Of a stretch of 64,000 nucleotides of DNA, positions 35,123 through 49,047 are shown piece by piece (positions within the stretch are counted from its first letter, which is position 1; every line of letters begins with the position of its first letter). Under the pieces are notes generated by a model. The model searched no databases. It saw nothing but the letters and a program-made list of their open reading frames with translations, and was not told the origin of the DNA. The DNA is from Squalus acanthias (lineage: Eukaryota): positions 15,128,001 through 15,192,000 of the forward strand of contig CM059434.1 of the NCBI GenBank assembly GCA_030390025.1, in the 5' to 3' direction. The translations under genes were made by a program, and so were the position numbers.

Positions 35123-38100
35123 TTTTTCCAGTATATTTTCATTATTCATATTGTTTTGCCATAATTGTATAAAGGTAAAATTATATGTCAAAATCATTAG
35201 AATACCACTACAGTGGAATCCTGCGATATAGTATTGACCAGGATAAGAAAATAGTTGCTCATAAGCAGACTTCCTCACAACAGAATTGGTTATATCATGA
35301 GTACACTGAATACAAGGAGCAAAATCGGGACATGGTAACAAGTTGAACACAACAAAATATTGCCAAGAATTTGCTTAGATTGGGTTATTGAATGCATATT
35401 TATGCTCCTTTTACAGCATATTACTTCAACATAGTCAAAACTTAGGATCACAGTTGAGATTCAAATGAGTGCACTTAACCTTTTCAGGACGAGAGTAGTT
35501 TTGCAAAAAAAATACATGACTATTTACGGTTTTCAGAATTCTATGAGATGTTATCTAGCTCCCTCCATTTCCACAATTTTAAATGTGCATTTGCACTAAT
35601 TATATAGTAAACACACACACACACGTGTGAACTGGATCCAAAATTTCAGTACACAATGGTTTAGATTTTTGTTCAAAGAATGACCAGATTTATTTTTATC
35701 CCTCCAAAAATCTACCGCGGGCAGTGAGGAAAGGATCTAAATATAATTTTTTGCCAAAGGGTAAAGCTTGTCTAAGCAAAACCAGACAGACATAAATTTC
35801 AATACCGTGTCCCAACTGTTGTCCTTAATATACAGAAACATCTTAAAATAAAACATGTAACTGGCAGCAACTTTTAATCACTTTCAGAAGGATGATCTAG
35901 AAATTAAGAAGGAAGGGCTCTCTGGTCTCAGCTCTTTGTTTTAAGAGCTATAAAACGGTTTGCAAAGCAATATGCTCCAGCAGAATGGAAATCAGACTCT
36001 ACAGCCTACGTCAGAACATTGAAACGGCATCCGAACTTCAATTCTACTGGTTTTTACACGTAGCAAGCAGTGACTGTGATCACAGTACAACAATCCTCTC
36101 CTCCTACAGTACGCAGCAGAACCTGCACAGTTCCCCCTCTCTTGTTTTTAAATAAGATGCTTAGGAATCTTGCTTACAAAAAAGGGAAACAAATCTATTT
36201 AAAACAGTATATTTTAATCGTTTACTTACAAGCAATCCTTCAAACTGTGCACTGTGAAGAGAACTGCTGCTGTGACATCCCTTACTCAATGCATTCTCAA
36301 CTAGGCCACACTGATCACATGACCTCCAGTTGACTTGTCATGTTGCCATGCTACAATCCAAGAATTTTTTTCATGGATAATGTTTAACAAACACAAAATC
36401 TAAACATAATTAAGGGAAATTATTTCAGTTTTTTAAAAAATTGAAATTCTGCTAATTGTTAGATTTTGCTCTTTTGAACACTCAATTCTCTATTCACTTT
36501 GAACTCTTGTCTAATTTCGGGTTGGTTGATGCTTCCTTCACTACTTTATATTATTTCTGATTCCCTCATTTTTTCCCCCCCCTAATAAAATAGTCCTCTG
36601 TTGAGGGAGGCTGCTACCCAATAGAAGAATGGTTTCAGGTGAAAGATATTAGCCAAATTGGCCTCATACAACAGCAAAATTATGCACCATAACTTTATAT
36701 GACACCCATTCTACACATACATCAAAACAGTTTCCACTAACGTTTGTTTTTTTTAAAATATTGCTTCTAAAATACATTAGCTGGCTCATTAAGGGGGGGG
36801 GGGGGGAAGTGAGAAAAGAAAACAATCAAATAACTTGCAATTAGACAAAAAACAAAACAGATAAATGGAGAATGGAGCAGGCTAAAAGAGAGAAACAGAG
36901 CAAATAAAAAAAAGTAAAGCAGCTCGATTTTCTGACGTGTACACCTTCAAGGCACGGTTGGAGTTTTGTTCAGAATGTTGTATTACAAAATGAATGGATC
37001 GTGTGGGATGGTCAGGCTGAAAGTGGGTAGCAGGGAGGTTGCACGAACACTGTACCCAACAGTGGGCAGTACATGGTGATGCCATGCCCAGCATTCAGGT
37101 CGGGCAATGCCCAAGCGGGTGGTCCTGGACAGCAAAGGCTATTTGGCGGTGTAGGGACTGTGACGGAAAAAGAGCTCTCGGCCTATTCTGTATGGCTTCC
37201 AACTAAGCTCAAAATGGAGGCTGTTGTCTCTCGACTTCCACTTTTAAACTCAATAGTCAGTCTGCTAGTATAAGGGGAATGTCTTATGTTTGGAAAGCAA
37301 TGAAGAAATGACGACTTTGCTGGGACTATTTGTTTGAAATGAATGCATTGCAGACAAATAACCCCAATCAATGACCGACGGAGACTTCATTTATAATCTG
37401 TGAGCAGGTTTGAAGCACAACCTCTGGGAAAGGTACAAAGGAAGCCACAAGTTCGAGCCATTCCCACTTTTGTCCAGCTTGGTGTAAAATCTGCCTTTAC
37501 AAACCCTATCCATGCAGACAATTTTCCGAAAGAGAGACTGCTTCTGCATCAAAGGAGAAGATATCCTGATAATCCAAAGACCCTCTCAGGGAAGCCTTCT
37601 AAATTCACCTATTCTCTTTTGTGGAGGGAAAAAAAAATAGGAACACCACACCGTTTCCCAAGAATATGCTGAAAGGAGCTGTAAGAATTATGGAAGCGGT
37701 CTTTGTTTTTTTTTTTGAACAGTCAATCCAATTTGTGCAAGTTTGATTTTTTTGCTGACTTGCATCTTGCCTTTCCTTCTGATAATTTTATCTGTATTAA
37801 TTTTAAATCTGGGTAAGTAGTTTTTAAGCCTGTATGAAGTGATCTAGTAGAGCATTACTTGTACGCCCTCTGAGGTTATGGGAGAATGCTTTCTCCAGTG
37901 AGCCATTTACCATGTGTCAGGGTTAATTCGATAGACCTGGCCTATTCTAACATACTCAGCAGAAATAATTTTGGTTCATAAAAGTGACTCAAGTCTGCTT
38001 ATCAAAACTACAGACTCTGAACATGGGAAAGATGCTGGGAAAAGCCAAAAGTGGGCATTCATTTAAAAGAAGATTTATTAATTTCAAGACATTGTTTATC

Positions 38101-38888
38101 CGGAAGGAAATGTAGGTGTTAAATGTTATAATCTACCTATTTAACTTTACTAGTGGCTGGCATGTGGGGAACTCACAAGGTGGCTGCATCGCCAGAATTT
38201 GCATTGGTAAAATGTGATTGGTCATTCAACCAAATCAGAAGTTACACTATAGAGGTGGATCACAAACACAATCAGAAAACTTCTGCGTGAGACTCTGGAC
38301 AGAAAAGCTGTACAAACATGGAAAGAAAATATTAAATATATTACGAGCCAAAAATACATAAAAGTTGTGCAAAAATAAAATCTTTGGGCTACACACGACA
38401 CCACTGTGGATCAGTACTCAGAATGCATTCAATGAAGGCAATCCCATACAGCTGAGGTACAGTGTTACAGGTGGCAATCCTCTACATAGTGAAATTCACC
38501 CCAGTTAAGATGGACAATGATCTGCTTTCAAATCATATTTTCTTCGGTGATAATCCAATCACAACGACGAGAGAAAAGAACAAGAGTTAAACACGCTAAA
38601 GTGCTCTTTACGTAAAAGTTTCTAATTTCCAAAATCGAAACATAAAATGTGTGTAGATTTCGAACACGGACATTAAAGTAGCTTTTATGAAACCTGAAAG
38701 TACACTTTTCTAATTTGGTGCCTACAGCAGTAAATCTGCACCTTACCTTCCCGCTCCTCCCCCCCCACCCCCGCGCCCCCCATTGTAACAGCTCTGACAA
38801 TGGCACCATCTTAATTCAACAGTTATCATGAGATCAGTTTAAGAAAAAAAATTGCAACTATAATCTAAGTTTCATTAGTGATCTGTAG

Positions 38889-38972
38889 GAGAGAGAGAGA
38901 GAGAGAGAGAAAGGAGAAAAAAAAGACAGAAAATTAGAAAAAGAGAAACAGGAGAGAGAAAAAGAGAGACAG
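38889..38972. repeat. (GA)n microsatellite and purine-rich tract
   Basis: Read directly. Similar tracts at ~49598-49622, 53333-53358 and 55246-55278. Confidence 0.9.
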
Positions 38973-40343
38973 ACAGTAAAATAAGATGCATTAAAGCGAT
39001 AGTCTTTAAGAATTTAGTCTCCTGTATCAGAACAGTAGCAAGCAGAAAGTCTACTGGATGCAACTCAGTCTCAATTTGAAATGGGATCCTAAAACGTGTC
39101 CCCACTATTATTTTTTTTTTTAGAAACAATTCTTAGAATTTGGGACTCCACCAGGAATTAATCCCCTTTATTCGGCCAATCATATCGTTGAATGCTAATA
39201 ACCTATCTACTCACAAGTTAGTAAATGGTTTATGCTTAAATCCGGGTCCTGCTGGCATTTTATAAAAGTTAAGGTGCATGATTTGAAGCAACTACACACT
39301 TAAAATCTCCTACTAAAGCCCCTTTGGGCAAACCATCGGAGGGCAGGTTTCATTATCACAAAAAGGAAATTGGGTTTGTAAAACATCCCGGCATTGGCGA
39401 GCCCGGTCATCGAGCTAGCCGACTCCGGCATAAAACTAGCTAGGGTGGGGCCGCTTCTAAAAGCTCATTTCAGCAGTGCTCTGGATTAAGTCAAAAAGGA
39501 CAGTATTTCTATGGAAGGTAGTCCAGGATTTTCCACTGATTACATAAATGCTCAAACTACCAGTAGGATAATGTGTATAGAATAGCGAAGCTGATATGCG
39601 AATGCCATGCTGCTTTTGGATTATTAGCTCAATCCGCTACTACAGCAATAAGTTACAAATTCCTGATTACTATTTCTTTGCCCACATTTGCTTCCCTCTG
39701 AACCACATTATCCAAAACGGACATCCCTTTCAAAATGCAAGCAGTGCGTTCTTAACCGATGGGAACCTTGCTTCGAAGAAGTTGCCATTTTGTTTGTTCG
39801 AATTACAGAACATTTTAAACTGGGGGGGGGGGGGGGGGAAATCTGCCTTTACCCAAATGGCTAAGAAACAAAAGAGGAGTCTCAGATGACTACTAATTAA
39901 ACCATAAATATATATAGTAAAAAAAACAGTACATTTTAATTTTGGCAAAAAAAATTCGCTCAAAAGGAAACTGTTGCCACCATTGCTATGAATTCTTTTC
40001 CAAGCTAAAGGCTAAGTTTTGCTTGTACTGTTGTTATTTAGGGAATGGAAAATATCTGAAATAACATTCCTGTGGAATACAAAAGTGACACTCCCTGCAT
40101 TGCACTGTGTAAAAATATAAATTTTTTTTTTTATACAGTCAAATCATGGTCCGCCTCATCTGTAAAGAAAGTGGTTCTTGCATCAACATTTTCAAAATGG
40201 CAACATGAACAGCAAACTCAAGCCGTCCACCAAAGGTGCTGTTAATACAGATCAAGTTTGTGCTGCTCCTTTTAAGTGACACCTTGCCATATTGTGGAAT
40301 GCCCCAACTAAAGAAACTTAGGTTTACTTTAAAGCATCAGTCT

Positions 40344-40634
40344 CTAAACAGCTTCCTTTCCTGCGTTTATAAGATGGGAGTGGGAAGTGTCTCTGCCGCG
40401 CATGCGGTTTTCGGAGAGCTCTGGCGTATATTCCTTGGGGCTCTCGTCAAAGTTTTCCGCGGTCCTCTCTTTCTCTTGGGAAGAAAGTACATCCACTATA
40501 TGGAGTTTGGTCTGCTCTTCTTTCAGGAAAAGATCCACCATTAATAATTTTTCTTTAGACATGCGCTCACTGATTTCCTTTGGAATGTCTGGTATCATCC
40601 AGTCCACAAAGTCACTCATAAACATAACTAGGTT
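40344..40634 (-). CDS. ANO1: Anoctamin-1 (TMEM16A), last coding exon
   Basis: Acceptor ttacAG|AAC. Encodes NLVMFMSDFVDWMIPDIPKEIS…KEKLLMVDLFLKEEQ…KEAV*; NLVMFMSDFVDW matches ANO1 rather than ANO2. 291 nt, phase 0. Confidence 0.93.
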   Translation of the reverse strand, partial: NLVMFMSDFVDWMIPDIPKEISERMSKEKLLMVDLFLKEEQTKLHIVDVLSSQEKERTAENFDESPKEYTPELSENRMRGRDTSHSHLINAGKEAV

Positions 40635-41029
40635 CTGTAAAGACACAGGAGAGGGGCGGTTAGTAAAACTGTGCCGACGTCAAGTTCAGGAATATTGCAC
40701 GGCTCAAGGCTATCTAAAAGATGTGAGGAAATAAGTTTAAACAAAAACAAAGTGCTCTCCTTTAATTTCAGCTCAGACAAATCTGCTGACATCAAGTGCT
40801 TTGGAACTTCTCAACGCTGAAGTGCTTTGTGCCTGCCTCAAAAAAGGTTATTTATAAAAATTGTACCACTGAAATTAAACTCGTAAAACTCCCGTAGCAT
40901 TGCTGAGGGTAATTGAAGAGGCTATTGGGTGTTAAATAAAAAGAGGGCGAACGGGAGGGGCAGGGGAAAGTTAAAGAATGAAGTGGGAATTAAAGAAAGC
41001 GAATAAAGAGGCATATTGAGAGTTAAACA

Positions 41030-41638
41030 GTGGGAGAGAGAGTGGTGAGAATGTGGAAAGCGCTACCACATGGAGTAGTTGAGGTGAATAGTGTAGATGC
41101 ATTTAAGGGGAAGCTAGATAAACACATAGGGAGAAAGGGATAGAAGGATATGCTGATAGAGAGTTAGATGAGGAAGGGTGGGAGGAGGCACGAGTGGAAC
41201 ATAAACGCTGGCATGAACTGGTTGGGCCGAATGGCCTGTTTCTGTGCTGTAAATTCTATCTACATGCAAAATTCTTAGAAGGCTTGACAGGGTAGATGTT
41301 GAGAGGCTGTTTCCCCTGGCTGGAGAGTCTAGAACTAGGGATCCTAGACTCAGGATAATGGGTAGGCCATTTAGGACTGAGATGAGGAGAAGTTTCTTCA
41401 CTCAGAGGGTGGTGAATCTTTGGAATTCTCTACCCCAGAGGGCTATGGATGCTCAGTCGTTGAGTATATTTAAGACAGAGATCGATAGATTTTTGGGCAC
41501 TAAGGGAATCAATGGATATGGGGATAGGACAGGAAAGTGGAGTTGAGGTACAAGTTCAGCCATGATCTTATTGAATGGAGGAGCAGGCTTGAGGGGCCAT
41601 ATAGCCTCCTCCTGCTCCTATTTCTTATATTCTTGTGA
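41030..41638 (+). mobile_element. Two adjacent CR1 3' fragments in the last ANO1 intron
   Basis: GRPFRTEMRRSFFTQRVVNLWNSLP…GKWS, with CR1 tails ending near 41260 and 41635. Confidence 0.85.
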
Positions 41639-42489
41639 TAGGGATTAAAAGAGAACCAGAATAGGGAATTTTGATAAAAAGAATTGGTTGGGAATTGGGG
41701 GTTAAAAACAGGGGTGACATTAAAAGGTAAAGAGGAACTACAGTGGGTGAGAAAAGACTGGGTGGGTAAGGATGGGTGGGTAAGGATGAGTGGGGCAGGA
41801 ATGGGTTTGGGGCTGGTGCACAAGGGCAAAGAGGAGGTAAAAATAAATTAAGAGGGAGAGATTGACTTGGGAATGACGCATTAAAAAAAAATTCAAAGTG
41901 GGTCTGGAAAATTTGATAGCAATGGGGATATGGGCTGAGAGAAGAGCTTGGAGATTTGAGCGTGTGGCTGGGTCATCAGGCTGGAAGCAACCTCTGAACA
42001 GCATGGGCTCCCATAGTTCAAGAGTACTGATGTGACAGGGTGGTGAGTGGGGCTGGTGTGAAGGTCCCAGTTGGCGATAAAATAGAGGGGGAAGAAAGTT
42101 TTAGAAATTTAGAATAAAGGAAAGGTGGTCACCGTCAGCAATCCAAAACTAATCCCACTCTCTCCCTGTAGCCCTGTATCTTCCTCTGCTTCAAATATTT
42201 ATACTATCTACAGTGCTGCAACCACTCCCCATGGCCAAGCACTCTATACACCAACAACCCCCTGCTTAAAGACATTTCTCCTCATCCCTTTCCTCATTCT
42301 CCTGATGAGGATTTTAAATTGATTATTTAAATCGCCATTGATTCTCCAACCAGGGTAAAATAATGTTTCCCTATTCACTCTTCTCAAAACCCTTCATAAT
42401 TTAAAAAAACCTCTTCAAATTTCTTCTTGGCCTTCTCTGCTCCAGTGGGAATTGTCCATGTATCTCAAGTCGCTCCTCACAGCTACATA

Positions 42490-43243
42490 AGGTATTTTCT
42501 AAATGGTGAAAAGCTAAAAACAGTGGACGTCCAAAGAGACTTGGGGGGTCCAGGTACATAGATCATTAAAATGTCATGAACAGGTACAGAAAAGAATCAA
42601 AAAGGCTAATGAAATGCTGGCCTTTATATCTACAGGACTAGAGTACAAGGGGGCAGAAGTTATGCTGCAGCTGTACAAAACCCTGGTTAGACCACACCTG
42701 GAGTACTGCGAGCAGTTCTGGGCACCACACCTTAGGAAGGATATATTAGCCTTGGAGGGAGTGCAGCATAGGTTTACCAGAATGATACCCGGACTCCCAA
42801 GGTTTAAGTTACGAGGGGTGATTACACAAAGTAGGGTTGTATTCCTTAGAACTTAGAAGGTTAAGGGGTGATCTGATCGAAGTTTTCAGGATATTAAGGG
42901 GAACAGATAGGGTAGATAGAGAGAAACTATTTCCGCTGGTTGGGGATTCTAGGACTAGGGGGCATAGTCTAAAGATTAGAGCCAGACCTTTCAGGAGTGA
43001 AATTAGGAAACACTTCTACACACAAAAGGTGGTAGAAGTTTGGAACACTCTTCCGCAAATGAAATTGATGTTAGATCAGTTGTCAATTTTTAAATCGGAG
43101 ATTGATAGCCTTCTGTTAACCAAAGGTATTAAGGGATATGGGCCAAAAGCGGGTATATGGAGTTAGATCGCAGATCAGCCATGATCTCATCGAATGGCGG
43201 AACAGGCTCGAGGGGCTGAATGGCCGACTCCTGTTCCTATGTT
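42490..43243 (+). mobile_element. CR1 3' fragment nested in an older antisense CR1 (~42140-42485, ~43245-43610)
   Basis: MLAFISTGLEYK…RPHLEYCEQFWAP…GYGPKAGIWS plus tail. Both flanks are degraded minus-strand CR1. Confidence 0.85.
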
Positions 43244-44385
43244 CCTCCATCCCTGGCATCGCCCTGATGAACCTATGCTTTACGCGCTTTGGCTTCAACA
43301 TCCGTTGTAAAATGGGGTACCCAAAACTGCACATAATATTGTAACTGTGGCCTAATCAATGCTTTGTAAATTCATTGTTACCTCATTACCCTTGTACTTC
43401 ATGTCCCTTATTAAAAAAGTTATTGACTTTATCTGCCTACACTTGCACTTCAAAAAATTATGTATTTGAAATCCTAGGTTTCCACTGCCTCAGTGTCAGC
43501 CCATCGAGTGGATACTCCCATTCCTTGATTTCCCTCCCAAAATGCATTATCCCACATTTATTCACGTTAATTTGCATCCGCCACCTGCCTGCCCATTCTG
43601 CTAGTCCCATCTAAATATACTGTACATATAAAAATATAACTACTATACAAATATAGTAAATAACAACAGTTGGAGGGGGCGGACGGGATAAGACACCAAC
43701 AGGGAATGGAACAGTCCAGGGACAGGTAATACTTTAACGTGGGCCCTGCATGACGCTGGACACAAGATAAGGGTGCTGGCTGCCATTTCAGCCAGTGGTT
43801 TAGGGTGATGTGCCACAGCTACCGCCACCGTTGCCACACTGGGTTGACGTGCGTGCCTGGGTGCTGAGTCAAGAGGGGGAGTGGGCGGTCTTGTGCCACA
43901 GCACCAATGGTGGGAGGCCTGTAACAGCACAAAGACGTGAAGCATTTAAAAAAAATGTATTTGGCATTACAGGGAGTACTACAGATTAGTGATCCAATTA
44001 GCATTGAAAAATCATTAGAGCACCACCTACTGTAGTCACGTGGAATAGTTTCAGGTGAAGAGTAACAACCACCTGTGGACATTTTAATGCGAATGTCCAT
44101 GGGAATAATTAGAGGATTTTTCCAATAGAGTGCACAGCTCATGTACTGATCTTAAGTTATAGATTTAATAAAATGGAAAACTTTCAAAAACACTAGTTGA
44201 AATTATATATATTTCCCCCCCCACACCCCCCAGTTTTAATCACATTATCCCCACCTTTCCACCACCCTGGGCCAGCCACTCTTTCCTGCATTGACCTCCA
44301 TTATGGAAGGAGAGCTTAGAGGCATAGTCCATCCTTTAGAGAACCAATACTGAGCTAACTGGGGCAGTGCTTCAAAACTACTTAC

Positions 44386-44491
44386 CTGGAAAATGATGAC
44401 AAAAGCCAGTCTGGCTGCTAAGACAGACCAGAATTCCTTTGACAGATCATATGGTTGAGAAGACCATGGAGGTTCTCTGTAGTCTTTGTAC
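44386..44491 (-). CDS. ANO1: Anoctamin-1, penultimate coding exon
   Basis: tttttAG|G TAC…TTC CAG|GTAAG, 106 nt. Encodes [35 protein letters not shown]; phases fit both neighbours. Confidence 0.95.
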
Positions 44492-45704
44492 CTAAAAAGA
44501 CATGTTTTTAAATATCAAATACTGAACAGCGGAATCCTATGAAGGTGATGTGCTGAGAACATAGTTTAACATATTCTCAATAGCGGTAAAGATATACAAT
44601 AAAATATTTAAGGGACATATTGTGATTCGATTAATAATAAGGAATTTGCTTACATCTGAATTACATGCAAGTAAATCTTCCTGTATGTATTCTCCTAACT
44701 GCAGCTTAAGTAGAAATTCAAATAAAGAACAGTCCAAACTTGAGGAGGTTGGAGGGGAGGGGCGGAATAAGAGTGACTGTATTGTATTTCTAGAAATACA
44801 ATTTTTTTAAAAAAGGAACTTAATCCATATGCATTGGTCATCTATATTTGAATCTGATTTACAAATATCACTTTTTGAACTCTGCACCCATGTCTTACAC
44901 TAGGATCTTAGTGAAGTCAGAACGTGTGTCTTTTAGATCAGGCAGAATGCACTAGCACACTCGGATCAAAAAGATAATTGCCTCAGCCTCTTTTGATTCA
45001 ATGCTCTGGATTAGAGGTTAGATGGGACAAATTGTTTCATTAACTTAAAATCGGTTCTCAGGATATGGTGACATGGACTAGATTTATCTACTGGCCATCG
45101 CCAGTTGCCCGGAGAAGGTGGTGTTGAGCCTTCAATTACTGACTGGCTTGCTAGGCACTTCAGAGAGCACGAAGAGCCAACCATTTAAAATAATGTACTC
45201 TGTAGTGCCGACAGGAGTCGCAGGTAGACTAGACTAGACAGGGGTGCCAGATTTCCTTCCGAAGACCATTAGTGAAGCTGTTTTTAATGACAAAACAGCA
45301 GTTTTTAAACATAGGTTCCAGCACACAAATGACCAGATTTACTAAATTTCACAGCTTGCCTATTAGTTACTAGTCCAGTATCTTGGCCACTCTACTGACA
45401 CACACAGTTTATAATCCCTTGTATGTTCCATAGAAATAATCAAAACAGTAAGCAAAGTTATGAACTGAAGTTTGAGCTATTTTGAATGTGTTCGCCCAAC
45501 ACAAATCGCTAATATCCAAAGCAAGTGACTTTGGCCAATAGTGTCAGGTTTATAAAAAAAAAGGGATGGTTCAAATAAAAGTAATGAATATTTCTTTAAC
45601 TTTGCTTTATTATATTCAGTTTTAGAAATCTGTAGAAACTCTTTCTAGATGTGAAATGACAGAAAATTGCAAAGAAGAGGTTCAAGTAACAAGAGAAATT
45701 CTAC

Positions 45705-45889
45705 CTGCAGATCTCAACCTTGTATCCGAGCGCCATTGGTTCAAGTGGCTCTGATCCTGCCTCTAAGTGGCTGACGTTGAAGTAGGACAGTGTATTATTG
45801 GTGAACCCGTTCAGTGTGCCATCTGGACTGTACAAGTACATGAAGACTAGGCGTGGAATGAAGTCGGAAGTGAAAGAGATCACAAATGC
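45705..45889 (-). CDS. ANO1: Anoctamin-1, third-last coding exon
   Basis: gtccAG|GCA…TGC AG|GTAG, 185 nt. Encodes AFVISFTSDFIPRLVFMYLYSPDGTLNGFTNNTLSYFNVS…LGYKVEICR. Confidence 0.95.
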
Positions 45890-47869
45890 CTGGACAATGG
45901 AAATGAACAATTGAACTCTGATGTTTTTGCAATTTATGACCAAATAAAAAGGCAAATGAAAACTGAATGAATGAAAAAAAAAACCCTCAAAGTTCATAAA
46001 CCAGGTAAACATTGTCAGCAACAAAATGGCCTAGAATACTTAAACCTAGATTGTCAATCTAGACCCCCAAGCATATTCCACAGGTAAAGTACATGGAAAT
46101 AAACAGAAGCTACAACACAATAATAGGCCATTCGATCCAACCAGTCCGTGTCGGTGTTTATCTTCCACACCCCACCCTGTTCCCACATCCCTTCAACCTC
46201 TCTTTTTTCATACACCTCTCCAATCTAATCTGCAATGCTGACAGTTTCTGCCTCAACGCCAACCCTGGAAGTGTAGTCCACATTTTCAGAACTCTGTGTA
46301 AAGAAGTTTCTCCTGCCCTCGGTTCTAAATCTCTTACATATAATCCTGTATCTGTCGCCCCTCGTTCTTGACCCCTCAACTGCTGGAAACGGTATGCTTC
46401 TATTTTAAACACTTCGATCATGTTGCTCTGCATCATGCTAATGAGGAACACTCAATTTTTCCAAATCCTTTTGTATTTCTTCCAGCATCCCAGTAAATCT
46501 GAGTAGTACCCTCGCCGTGGGATTAATGTCTTACATGGAGACACTAAATCTATTGCATGATGTAGAAAATGTAGCTGGAATCTGACCCAATATTGAAGCT
46601 AATTTACAGGGTAGCAGAGGGATGGGAAAGTGCTTTTCTTATTGGCCCAGGATATGAGTGTATGGATGGTGTTCTCTATTACTTGGCCATTTGCAAGGGG
46701 GCTGCTCGTTATCCTGCATCGAAGAAAAGATTTCTCTCTCGGTTTCATATAAATTCTGTGTACAATGACATTCTGGGCAACCTCCACCTGTGTATACTAC
46801 ACGTTTCCTCTAACGGGTGGGTTCCTCTCTCCCCCCCCAAAATGGAGAACCGCTTCTATTCAAAATTATTCAATATGTCTCCCACATCCATAGGTCAAAA
46901 GGAACAGACGGGATTGTCTGAGCTAAGGAACCAATGTACGTTTGCCCATAGTTGCCCAACTCAAATTCATTGAATGTCTGTAGTGTGCATGCAGCAAGCA
47001 CCGAGCCTCCTAACAGAGTGTGGTGTTGACAGTACCGCCTTCAAACCGCTCACACATTGCACCCCAAGATACTGTGTCTGCAATGCTTCACTTGGCATTT
47101 TGTGGCCACCAAAGTGAAAGGCTTCTACTCCCACACAACTGTTTCAGGTTTTGCCACTATGTTCAAATGCCACCTCAAATGATGTGCTTGCTGTGCAGGC
47201 TTTATAGAGAATTGATTTAAGGAAAGAGAGAGAGTCTGGTATGAAAGAGTGCAGCTTCTGGAGGCAGCTTGAGGAAATGTAGAAGCATCGTTGGTGGTCA
47301 GAGCAGAGAGTGAGGCCAAAAGATGAATAGATAAATGAGGTGTCAGGATGGTGCCATCAAGGAGAGTTGATAACGGTTGACTAGACTTATGAAAGATGTG
47401 AACCAATTGACTGAAGAATCCAAAATACAAAGATTTTCGACGCTACACAGGGAAAGAGATCCAAATGTGGTAATTCAGCCACAGAACTGTAAGAGGGCTA
47501 GAGGTTGTTTGGACTGAGGATTTGTGATCAACAAGAGGGGATGGAGTCAAATAATGAGTGGAGAGGGTAATTGATAAGAAAGAATGGGGAGATATGAAAG
47601 AAGACAGAGCCCTAGAGTTGCCCTGAATCAGAGTGAGTCAGAGGATGAGCCATCAACTGCAGCATTAATAGAGAGACTCCAGAGGAAACTGGATCGCCAT
47701 GAGAATGGCATTTAAAAAATAATTCTCAGGATATGAGCCAACACTGACAAGGCCACATTTATTGCCCAGTCCCAATTGCCCTGAGATGATGGTGGGGACC
47801 ACTTCATTGGGCATGTAGCATCAAGACTGGAGCTATATCTAGGACAAGCCACACAAGAGGCTCCCCTCT

Positions 47870-49047
47870 GTCTGCAGCCTATGGTAGACCACACCATCCT
47901 TCCCCAACGCCTCTCCATCATCCAGCTTGGTAGGACTGCACTCACCTGGTTCCATTCTTATCTGTCCAGTCATAGCCAGAGAATCACCTGCAATGTCTTC
48001 TCTTCTCGCTCCCACACTCTTACCTCTGGTGTCCCCCAAGGATCTATCCTTGGCCCCCTCCTATTTCTCATCTACATGCTGCTACTCATCCAAAAACACA
48101 CGTCAGGTTCCACATGTACACTGACGACTCTCAATTCTACCTCTCTCGACCCCTCCACGGTCTCTAAATTGTCAAACTGCTTGTCTGACATCCAGTTCTG
48201 GATGAACAGAAATTTCCTCCATCTAAATATTGGGAAGACCGAAGCCATTGTCTTCAGTCCCCATCACAAACTCCGTTCCCTGGCCACCGACTCCATCCCT
48301 CTCTCTGGCAACTCTGAGGCTGAACCAGACTGTTCGCAACCTTGGTGTCATATTTGACCTCGAGATGAGCTTCCGACCACATATCCACTCCATCACCAAG
48401 ACCGCCTACTTCCACCTCCGTAACATCGCCCGACTCCACCCCACCTCATCTGCTGCTGAAACCCTCATCCATGCCTTTGTTACCTGTAGACATGACTATT
48501 TCAACGCACTCTTCACTGGCCTCCCATCTTCCATCCTCCATAAACTTAGTCATCCAAAATTCTGCTGCCTGCATCTCAACTTAAACTAGGTCCCATTCAA
48601 CCATTACCCGTGCTCGCTGACCTACATTGGCTCCTGGTTAAGCAACGCTTCGATTTTAAAATTCTCAGCCATGTTTTCAAATCCCTCTATGGCCTCGTCC
48701 CTCCCCATCTCTAACCCCTCCTCCAGCCCTACAATTCTCCGAGATATCTGCGCTTCTCCAATTCTGGCCTTTTGCGCATCCCCGAATTTAATCGCTCCAT
48801 CATTGGCGGCCGTGCCTTCAGCTGCCGAGGCCCTATCCTCTGGAATTCCCTCCCTAAACCTCTCCGCCTCTATCTCTCTCTCCTCCTTTAAGACGCTCCT
48901 TAAAACCTACCTCTTTGACCAAGCTTTTGGTTATTTTTCCCAAATATCTGTGTTACTCGGTGTCAAATTTTGTTTGATAACGCTTCCGTGATGCGTCTTG
49001 GACGTTTTACTACGTTAAAGGCACTATATAAATGCAAGTTGTTGTTG
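47870..49047 (+). mobile_element. L2 LINE, 5'-truncated and degenerate
   Basis: VDHTIL…GVPQGSILGPLLFLIYM…LNIGKTEAIVF…AYFHLRNIARL and a (TTG)n tail. Confidence 0.9.
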
